From an uncultured Collinsella sp. (GTDB lineage: Bacteria; Actinomycetota; Coriobacteriia; Coriobacteriales; Coriobacteriaceae): a DNA stretch of 40,861 nucleotides. Of the stretch, positions 29,033-36,222 are shown in pieces. The stretch is from the NCBI GenBank assembly GCA_900553935.1, contig USFK01000001.1, forward strand, positions 1 through 40,861, in the 5' to 3' direction. The notes below the pieces were generated by a model that made no database searches, was not told the origin of the DNA, and was given only the letters and a program-made list of their open reading frames with translations. Position 1 is the first letter of the stretch; each line of letters begins with the position of its first letter. A program made the position numbers and the translations under genes.

Positions 29033-29875
29033 CTACTCAGCGATGCCGTTGATGGCGCGCGTCGTCTTGTAAGCAACGTCCGCAACTGCCTTACGTGTAT
29101 CAATCAGTACCTTGGCGAGATTATGCTCGTTGTTGTTTGCCTCGTACGCCTTGCCAACCGTCGTGATGTAGGCCTTGCGCAGGTCGCTTGCGATGTTGAT
29201 CTTGGACATCTTGTGCGGCTGCATAGCGTGGATGGTCTCATAGGGAATGCCCGAGCCACCATGAAGAACGAGGGGACACGGAGACACCTCGGCAAGCTTC
29301 TCAAGCAGCGGCAAATCGATGCGCGGCGTATCCTCAAGGCCGTGAACGTTGCCGATAGACACGGCCAACAGGTCGCAGCCCGTGCGCTCCACAAACTCGC
29401 AAACCTGATCGGGGTCGGTCTTAAGATCCGCCTCGGAAACATGATCGTCTTCTTTGCCCTTGATGGCGCCGAGCTCAGCCTCAACGGGCACGCCGTAGCA
29501 ATGGCAGTAGTCAACTGCCCGGCGCGAGAAGCGAATGTTCTCCTCAAAGGGCAACGCGGCACCGTCGATCATAACGGAGGTAAAGCCGGCCTGAACCGCC
29601 TGTCGAACATCCTCGAGCGTCTTGCCGTGGTCAAGATGCAGGCACGTGGGAACGATATAGTCCTCCGCCGCGCGTTTAACGATAGAGGCGATCATGCCGT
29701 AATCGGAAAGCTTAACGTTGGTAGGGGCGATCTGGAGGATGCCCGGCATGCCAGCCTTCTGCAATCCGTCCAAGATACCCAGGGTCATCTCCATATTGGT
29801 CGTGTTATATGCGGGAAGGAGCCATCCGTTCTTGCGTGCAATCTGGATCAGCTCAGTCGAAGTTACAACTGCCAT
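29033..29875 (-). CDS. Class II ketose-bisphosphate aldolase
   Basis: LHLDHG, SVMIDG, VEAELG, GNVHG, LVLHGGSG, KINI. Confidence 0.95.
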   Translation of the reverse strand: MAVVTSTELIQIARKNGWLLPAYNTTNMEMTLGILDGLQKAGMPGILQIAPTNVKLSDYGMIASIVKRAAEDYIVPTCLHLDHGKTLEDVRQAVQAGFTSVMIDGAALPFEENIRFSRRAVDYCHCYGVPVEAELGAIKGKEDDHVSEADLKTDPDQVCEFVERTGCDLLAVSIGNVHGLEDTPRIDLPLLEKLAEVSPCPLVLHGGSGIPYETIHAMQPHKMSKINIASDLRKAYITTVGKAYEANNNEHNLAKVLIDTRKAVADVAYKTTRAINGIAE

Positions 29876-29930
29876 GATTCCTCCAACCGGGTTACGGCAA
29901 TTCGAGTTGAGTTTACGTTCCAGATACTTA

Positions 29931-29966
29931 TATAGACGTCTATGTACCTGTTTATAGACGACTATA
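29931..29966. promoter_or_regulatory. Tandem GntR/HutC-type operators
   Basis: TATAGACGTCTAT and TATAGACGACTATA 22 bp apart; related sites at 30732-30743 and 27430-27450. Confidence 0.7.
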
Positions 29967-30010
29967 TACCTTTTTGATTCTTGCGCATAGCGTTAAATGT
30001 CTCGAATTAG

Positions 30011-30042
30011 AAAAAGGGCTGCCGAGAAACACTCGACAGCCC
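30011..30042 (-). terminator. Intrinsic terminator after the HAD gene
   Basis: GGGCTGCCGAG/CTCGACAGCCC hairpin with U-tract on the minus strand. Confidence 0.75.
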
Positions 30043-30056
30043 ATCGTTCAACCTGT

Positions 30057-30713
30057 TTACCCCAATGTTCCGCTTGCCAGCATGTCGACAACATCATTAA
30101 GGTTCAGGACAATCGCCGTGGCTAATCTTTCCATCTCTTCTGTTGGCTCGGAGAGATCAGGAACCATGACGGTGTGAAAACCTCCTGTAAAGCCCGCGCG
30201 CACCCCGTTATAGGAATCCTCCAAGACGAGGGATTTTTGCGGCGGCACCCCTAGCTCGTCCGCCGCTTTTAAAAAGACGTCAGGATAGGGCTTGGCATGC
30301 TCGACCTCGATACCAGAAACGATCGAATCAAAATATGGAAGTATTCCTCCCCTTATCAGGTTGGCCTTGATCATCTCCCTGCTCGACGAGGAGGCAACCG
30401 CCATCGGAATCCCTTCAGTCTTGAGATACTCGAGAAGCCTATCCAATCCAGGTTTTTTCTCTGCGCCATGGGCCAATGCTTCATGGGCTATTTCGTAAAA
30501 ACGATCAACAAATGCCTTGGGGTCGACTTCGCCACCATACCATTCGCGAATAATGGATACGGCCTCAGCTCCATTGGTTCCGCGCATGGCGTCCGCAAGG
30601 CCCTCCTTGCACTCAACCCCAAATTCGATTGCGGTCTTAGGCCAACAAGAAGCCCAGATAGGCTCGGTGTCAAACATAAGCCCATCCATATCGAAGATAA
30701 CCGCCTCGTACAT
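30057..30713 (-). CDS. HAD family phosphatase
   Basis: FDMDGLMFDTE, ASSS, KPYPD, LEDSYNG; start moved to ATG 30713. Confidence 0.93.
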   Translation of the reverse strand: MYEAVIFDMDGLMFDTEPIWASCWPKTAIEFGVECKEGLADAMRGTNGAEAVSIIREWYGGEVDPKAFVDRFYEIAHEALAHGAEKKPGLDRLLEYLKTEGIPMAVASSSSREMIKANLIRGGILPYFDSIVSGIEVEHAKPYPDVFLKAADELGVPPQKSLVLEDSYNGVRAGFTGGFHTVMVPDLSEPTEEMERLATAIVLNLNDVVDMLASGTLG

Positions 30714-30789
30714 ATTGCCTCCCTGTTCAAGTAGACGTCTATATACGTTTATTCTAGCAAAGGAGGACTTTTCTCTACTGCAACGGCAC

Positions 30790-30880
30790 AAAAAGGTGCC
30801 CGCCCCACAGATGTTGGGGCGGGCACCTCGCCCGCCGAAAAAGCCGCCACAACGGAACTACCCCATCGCGGCGGTTTTTT
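30790..30880 (-). terminator. Two tandem terminators after the EF-G paralogue
   Basis: AGGTGCCCGCCCC/GGGGCGGGCACCT and AAAAAGCCGCC/GGCGGTTTTTT hairpins. Confidence 0.75.
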
Positions 30881-30889
30881 ATCGTCTAG

Positions 30890-32965
30890 TTACTTGGCGC
30901 GGCCCTCCTCATAGCGCTCGACCAGCTTGGCCTGAACGTCATAGGGCACCTGCTCATAGCCCGCGGGCTTCATGGTAAAGTCACCCGTGCCGCGCGTGAT
31001 GGAGCGCAGGCGCGTCGAGTAATCCGTCAGCTCGGCCAGCGGCGCCTGGGCAATGACCACGGTGTCTCCGCGCTCATCGGTCTCCATGCCCGTCACGCGA
31101 CCGCGCGAGGCCGAGATGTCGCCCATCACGGCGCCGGCGTAGCTCTCGGGGATCGTCACCGTGATTTCCTCGATAGGCTCCAGCACCACTGGATCGGCAT
31201 CGGCGCATGCCTTGCGCAGGCCGATGCGAGCCGCCGCGCGGAACGCCATCTCGTTGGAGTCGACGCTGTGATACGAGCCATCGTACACAGCCACGCGAAT
31301 GCCCGTGAGCGGGTAGCCGGCGATGATGCCGTCCTTCATAGTCTCCTGGACGCCCTTGTCCACGGCAGGGATCAGCGAGCGCGGAATGCGGCCGCCCACG
31401 ACCTCGTCTACGAACTCATAACCGTCGCTCGTACCGTCGGCGGTAATCATCGGCTCCACACGCAGCCAGCAGTCACCATACTGGCCGGCGCCGCCGGTCT
31501 GCTTCTTGTGGCGACCCTGGGCGCTCGCCGTGCGGCGGATGGTCTCGCGATACGGAATACGGATCGGCACGCTCTTGGCGGCGACCTTGGTGCGGTCCTC
31601 CAGACGGCTGAGCAGCACCGAAACCTGCGCCTCGCCCACTGCCGAAATGATGGTCTGGCCGGTCTCCTCGTCGCGATCGATGCTCATGGTCGGATCGGCC
31701 TTGCAAGCCTTCTCGATAAACGTGTAGAGCTTCTCCTCGTCGCCACGGTTCTCGGCCTCGATGGCAATGCGGTACTGCGAGTTGGGGAACTTAAACGCCG
31801 CAGCCTCAACCTTGCCGGTGATCGAGAGCGTATCGCCCGTCTCGGCCGCCAGCTTGGGTGCCACGATGATATCGCCGGCATAGGCGTGCCCGACCTCGGT
31901 CATGTCGCGGCCGCACATCACATACAGGTGAGCCAGACGGTCGCTCTTGCGCGTGCGGGCGTTGATCAGCTCAAGACCCGGCTCAAGCGTGCCCGTCAGC
32001 ACCTTGATAAAGCTGATGCGGCCCTGCTGCGGGTCGGCCAGCGTCTTAAACACAAACGCCACCGGACGGTCATCGTCACTCGAGATCTTAAGCGAATCAC
32101 CGTCGATGAGCGGCATCTCGCCGTAGTCGGTCGGCGCCGGGAAGTACGTGGCGATGTCGTCCATCAGCGAGTTGATGCCCTGCTCCTTAATGCAATCGCC
32201 CGCAAAGACCGGCACAAAGATGCGCTCGGCAATCGCCTTCGACAGCAGGCCCTCGAGCTCCTCCTGCGTCAGCGTCTCCTCGCCTTCCAAGTACTTCATC
32301 ATCAGTTCGTCGTCAGCCTCGGCCACCAGCTCGCACAGATGGTCATGGGCTTCCTCGGCCTGGGCACGATACTCCTCGGGAATCTCCGACTCAACGGCCT
32401 CGGCGCCGTTGCAGTGGCGTGCCTTCATGCGCACCAGGTCGATGATGCCGTCAAAGTCCTCGCCCTCGCCCCAGGGAAGGGTCACGGCGCCCAGGCGCGT
32501 ACCAAAGCGCTCCTGCAGCAGGTCCATCGTAGTCGCAAAGCTGGCCTCGGAGCGCGACAGGCGGTTTACAAACACCGCACGCGCCAGACGCAGGTCCTCG
32601 GCGGCATACCAGAGTTTAACCGTTGTAGGCTGCGGGCCGGCCTCGGCGTCGACCACAAACAGAGCCGTCTCGCAGACGCTCATCGCGGCATAGGCGTCGC
32701 CGATAAAATCGGGATAGCACGGGGCATCGAGCACATTGATGCGCGCGCCCTTCCAGTCTATCGGCGCAATGGTCGTCGAGATGGAAAATGCACGCTTGAC
32801 CTCTTCGGGGTCATAGTCGAGCGTGGGCTTGGTGCCGTCGTGGCCGCCCAGGCGGGCGGTCTTGCCGGAAAGGTGGAGCATGGCTTCGGCGAGTGAAGTC
32901 TTGCCCACCCCGCCTTGGCCTACGAGCACCACGTTCCTTACGTTACCGGTCTTGGGAGCACCCAT
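30890..32965 (-). CDS. fusA2: Elongation factor G paralogue (EF-G2 type)
   Basis: GQGGVGKT, YRETI, HKKQTGGAGQYG, DGSYHSVDSNEMAF; not in an rpsL-rpsG operon; AAGGAGG RBS before ATG 32965. Confidence 0.93.
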   Translation of the reverse strand: MGAPKTGNVRNVVLVGQGGVGKTSLAEAMLHLSGKTARLGGHDGTKPTLDYDPEEVKRAFSISTTIAPIDWKGARINVLDAPCYPDFIGDAYAAMSVCETALFVVDAEAGPQPTTVKLWYAAEDLRLARAVFVNRLSRSEASFATTMDLLQERFGTRLGAVTLPWGEGEDFDGIIDLVRMKARHCNGAEAVESEIPEEYRAQAEEAHDHLCELVAEADDELMMKYLEGEETLTQEELEGLLSKAIAERIFVPVFAGDCIKEQGINSLMDDIATYFPAPTDYGEMPLIDGDSLKISSDDDRPVAFVFKTLADPQQGRISFIKVLTGTLEPGLELINARTRKSDRLAHLYVMCGRDMTEVGHAYAGDIIVAPKLAAETGDTLSITGKVEAAAFKFPNSQYRIAIEAENRGDEEKLYTFIEKACKADPTMSIDRDEETGQTIISAVGEAQVSVLLSRLEDRTKVAAKSVPIRIPYRETIRRTASAQGRHKKQTGGAGQYGDCWLRVEPMITADGTSDGYEFVDEVVGGRIPRSLIPAVDKGVQETMKDGIIAGYPLTGIRVAVYDGSYHSVDSNEMAFRAAARIGLRKACADADPVVLEPIEEITVTIPESYAGAVMGDISASRGRVTGMETDERGDTVVIAQAPLAELTDYSTRLRSITRGTGDFTMKPAGYEQVPYDVQAKLVERYEEGRAK

Positions 32966-33205
32966 GATGACCTCCTTGCAGGGCCGCGCGCAATGCGCGA
33001 CGCCAACGGGGAGAGTTCGCGGTCGGTGCCGTCCCAGGAGCAGCATGGTCGGCAGCCGAGCCGACTCACCCTCCAAATGTCCTATGCCACCACCCTACCC
33101 TCACGGGCGGCTGTCCATGCACGCCTTTCGGCACGCGTATGAATACAGACGGCGAGAGGAAGAGACAAGCTTGTGAGGCAATTATTGAACCCCGTCGATG
33201 TAAAC

Positions 33206-33242
33206 AAAAAGCCGCCACAGACCGTAAGACCTGTGGCGGCTT
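33206..33242 (-). terminator. Terminator of the amino-acid ABC operon
   Basis: AAGCCGCCACAG...CTGTGGCGGCTT with U-tract on the minus strand. Confidence 0.85.
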
Positions 33243-33284
33243 CGCCTCAATTGCCTCAATTAATAGTTGAGTAAATACCTGAGT

Positions 33285-34049
33285 CTATCCCTCGATACGG
33301 CTCAAGAACTCACGCGTGCGCTGCTCGCGCGGATGGTCGATAACCTGCTCGGCAGGTCCCTCCTCGACAATGCGACCGCCGTCCATAAAGACCACGCGGT
33401 CGGCAACATCGCGCGCAAACTGCATTGCGTGGGTCACGATTACCATCGTCATATTCTGCGCCGCCAGGTCCTTAATGACACGCAGCACCTCGGCCGTCAG
33501 CTCGGGATCGAGCGCCGAAGTCGGCTCGTCAAAGAATAAGATTTCCGGGTCGAGTGCCAGGGCGCGGGCAATACTCACGCGCTGCTGCTGACCGCCCGAA
33601 AGCTCACACGGCACCTTGTTCTCGTTGCCCGTAAGCCCCATCTGCGCGATCAACTCATGCGCACGCGCCTCCGCCTGCTCGCGCGGGCGCTTGAGCACGC
33701 GAATCGGAGCATCGGTGATGTTTTTCATCACCGTATAGTGCGGGAACAGGTTGTAATTTTGGAACACCAGGCCGAATCGCGAGCGCGCCTGCTTGGGCAC
33801 ATCGCCCTTCGCATAGACCGCGCCCGAACCCACATCCGTCGCAACGGCAAGGTCGCCAAACGAGAGCGAGCCTCCGTCGAGTGTCTCGAGCAGCGTGGCA
33901 CACCGCAGCAGCGTGGACTTACCGCCACCCGAAGGCCCGATAATCGCCACGACCTCACCGCGCTTGACTTCGAGTGAGATATCCTTGAGCACCTCATTGC
34001 CGCCAAACGCCTTGCGCGCGTTCGTTATCATCATTACCGTTCCGGACAC
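33285..34049 (-). CDS. Polar amino-acid ABC transporter ATP-binding protein
   Basis: GPSGGGKS, LSGGQQQR, FDEPTSALDPE; GTG start after GGAGG (alternative ATG 34061). Confidence 0.95.
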   Translation of the reverse strand: MSGTVMMITNARKAFGGNEVLKDISLEVKRGEVVAIIGPSGGGKSTLLRCATLLETLDGGSLSFGDLAVATDVGSGAVYAKGDVPKQARSRFGLVFQNYNLFPHYTVMKNITDAPIRVLKRPREQAEARAHELIAQMGLTGNENKVPCELSGGQQQRVSIARALALDPEILFFDEPTSALDPELTAEVLRVIKDLAAQNMTMVIVTHAMQFARDVADRVVFMDGGRIVEEGPAEQVIDHPREQRTREFLSRIEG

Positions 34050-34076
34050 GGGAACCTCCATGTGTTTGAGAAGTCA

Positions 34077-34181
34077 GCGAGCGTGTGGCTGACGAGACAA
34101 TGTGCTTCGAAAGAGGAGCGCCGCGTACTTCTGTACGCAAGCGACGGTTTGAGGAGCAGATTGGCCGTCAGGCACGCGCGC
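34077..34181 (+). repeat. Long hairpin with conserved apical core, copy 1
   Basis: Core 34109-34152 identical to 34953-34997 except the loop. Confidence 0.8.
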
Positions 34182-34193
34182 AGCGTCGAGCAG

Positions 34194-34217
34194 TCCGCCG
34201 TTCGCTAGAACGGCGGA
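34194..34217. repeat. TCCGCCGTTC-N4-GAACGGCGGA palindrome (copy 2)
   Basis: Matches 10937-10960 in inverted orientation, including flanks. Confidence 0.75.
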
Positions 34218-34222
34218 ACGAT

Positions 34223-34876
34223 CTAGTCATGATAATAGTCCAGCTTCTTTTCGGCGGCGCCCAGCAGCATCTCGACCACAAAGTTAAAGACCCAGTAAAT
34301 CAGCGCCGCGATCGCAAACGGCACCATGCTCACTTGCGAGGCAACCAGCGCCTTGGCCGTCGAGAACATCTCCCCCACGCCGATGGCAAACGCCAGCGAT
34401 GTGTCCTTGACCAGCGTGATGATCTCGTTGCCCATCGCCGGCAGAATACGCTTGGCGACCTGCGGCATCACGATATACAGAAACGTCTGCAGACGCGAGT
34501 AGCCCAGCACCTCGGCGGCCTCATATTGACCGCGCGGGATCGACTGCAGGCCCGAGCGATAGATCTCGGCAAAGTAGCCGGCGTAGTTGATGATGAATGC
34601 CACGACGCACGCCGTCCATTTGGAATCGGGCGTGAGCGAGATGCCAAACACGTAGTACGGGGCAAAGTAGATCGCAAACATCTGCAGCATAAGCGGCGTG
34701 CCGCGCATGACCGAAATATAGATGCGCGCAATCCAGCGAAGCGGCGCAATTTTGCTCATGCGCATAAACGCCACGGGAATTCCCAGCGGAATCGACCCCA
34801 ACAGCGTCAGCACAAACAGCTGCAAGCTGACCAAGAATCCCTGGCCAAGCATCTGCATCATGACCTGAATAGACAA
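34223..34876 (-). CDS. Polar amino-acid ABC transporter permease
   Basis: RGTPLMLQ, YFAEIYRSG, GQYEAA, LVKDTSL; probable TTG start after GAAAGAGAG. Confidence 0.95.
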   Translation of the reverse strand: MSIQVMMQMLGQGFLVSLQLFVLTLLGSIPLGIPVAFMRMSKIAPLRWIARIYISVMRGTPLMLQMFAIYFAPYYVFGISLTPDSKWTACVVAFIINYAGYFAEIYRSGLQSIPRGQYEAAEVLGYSRLQTFLYIVMPQVAKRILPAMGNEIITLVKDTSLAFAIGVGEMFSTAKALVASQVSMVPFAIAALIYWVFNFVVEMLLGAAEKKLDYYHD

Positions 34877-34921
34877 CCCAAGCTCTCTTTCACAGTAACG
34901 GAACAGCGAACCCAATGCTAA

Positions 34922-35028
34922 AGCGGGTTTTCCAGGTGCCCGAGTTTGCCGTGAAAGAGGAGCGCCGCGTACTAAATGTACGCAAGCGACGGTTTGAACG
35001 GCAAAATCGGGTGCCTGGGAAAGCCGCT
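34922..35028 (+). repeat. Long hairpin with conserved apical core, copy 2
   Basis: ~30-bp imperfect stem closing the same core as copy 1. Confidence 0.8.
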
Positions 35029-35887
35029 ATTTGAGCACCCAGTTGTCGAAGGAAAGACCATAGCTTGAATACTTATCGCACAGGTCCTTGACCGTGCCGC
35101 CCTCGTAGAGCGCCTTGAGTGACTCGGTTACAGCATCGGCCGACTTGGTGTCGCCCTTCTTAAAGCCGACGGCGTAGTGCTCGCTGGACAGCGGCTTGTC
35201 GAGCTGCGTATAGGCATCGGGCTTGGCGGCAAGCTGATACTGGGCAATCGAAAGGTCGCAAGCCACGGCATCGACCGCGCCGCTCTCGAGCTGCATAAAG
35301 GCCGTGTTGTACTCGCCGATGGTATCGAGCGTGGCAAACGTCGCGGCCAGATCCTTCTGGTCGCCCTCGAGCACATCCTGCGCAGCGGAATCGGTCTGAG
35401 TGATCACGGTCTTGCCAGCGAGATCGTCCCAGCTCTTGATACCCGCGTCCTTCTTGACCACGAGCACTTGCTCGTTGAGCATGTACGGCTCGGAGAACGT
35501 GTAGCCGTCCTCACGGCCCTCCATGGTAAAGCCGTTCCAGATGCAGTTGATGGCGCCGGAGTTGAGCAGCGTGTCCTTGGCATCCCAATCGATGGCCTCG
35601 TAATCGACATCCCAGCCCTGCTTATCGGCAACGGCCTTGGCAAGGTCAAGGTCAAAGCCCGTGTACTCGCCGTCATCGCCCACAAAGCCGTACGGAGGGT
35701 AGGACTTGTCAAAGCCCACCACGAGCTTCTTGGACTCCGCGGCGCCCTTCACATCCTTGGCCGCGGCAGAACCAGCAGCGGAGCCCTTGCCAGCACCACC
35801 GCCGCAGCCGACAAGACCAAGGCCAAGCACCGTGGCGAGCGAGCCGGCTAGACCAACAAACTGACGACGAGACATATCGGTATTCAT
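35027..35887 (-). CDS. Amino-acid ABC transporter substrate-binding lipoprotein (possibly histidine)
   Basis: SRRQF Tat-like motif and LVGC lipobox; YPPYGF, GFDLDLA, IDWD, CIWNGFT. Confidence 0.93.
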   Translation of the reverse strand: MNTDMSRRQFVGLAGSLATVLGLGLVGCGGGAGKGSAAGSAAAKDVKGAAESKKLVVGFDKSYPPYGFVGDDGEYTGFDLDLAKAVADKQGWDVDYEAIDWDAKDTLLNSGAINCIWNGFTMEGREDGYTFSEPYMLNEQVLVVKKDAGIKSWDDLAGKTVITQTDSAAQDVLEGDQKDLAATFATLDTIGEYNTAFMQLESGAVDAVACDLSIAQYQLAAKPDAYTQLDKPLSSEHYAVGFKKGDTKSADAVTESLKALYEGGTVKDLCDKYSSYGLSFDNWVLK

Positions 35888-35905
35888 GGTATTCCCCCTC
35901 GATAG

Positions 35906-35972
35906 CACTTTAGTTAGGTAAAGTGAGTCATGTAACGTCCAGAATCATACACTTTACCTTGATGGAGCACAA
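35906..35972 (-). promoter_or_regulatory. Promoter and HisR/YerC-like operator
   Basis: TTGTGC-17-TATGAT (35972-35944); perfect 7-6-7 palindrome CACTTTA-GTTAGG-TAAAGTG at 35906-35925; half site CACTTTA at 35950. Confidence 0.75.
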
Positions 35973-36175
35973 GGTTGGGGTTGCCCGGCGCGGGCGGGGA
36001 GCGGCGCGGAATTAAGTTTCCTGCTCTACAGTCCTGCGCAAGACGGAAAGCACGTATGGAGCACTAGGTTGGAGCACCCGGCTGGGTGGCGCCCGGTGCG
36101 GAGTTTAATTTGCTGCTCTACAGTCCTGCTCACGACGGAGGCCACATTAAGTGGCCTCCTGTTCGTGCGGAACTC
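35962..36175. repeat. Diverged tandem duplication (~93-bp unit)
   Basis: ATGGAGCACwAGGTTGG at 35962 and 36056; CTGCTCTACAGTCCTGC at 36021 and 36113; hairpin GGAGGCCAC/GTGGCCTCC in unit 2. Confidence 0.75.
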
Positions 36176-36222
36176 GCGATAAACCTAAGCCGGTGTCCCC
36201 GCTCTCCCGGGGCCGGCGGAAT

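Noticed and set aside
23170..30790. PTS island as an integrative mobile element
   Set aside because: No integrase, transposase, tRNA or flanking direct repeats seen; only the compositional shift.
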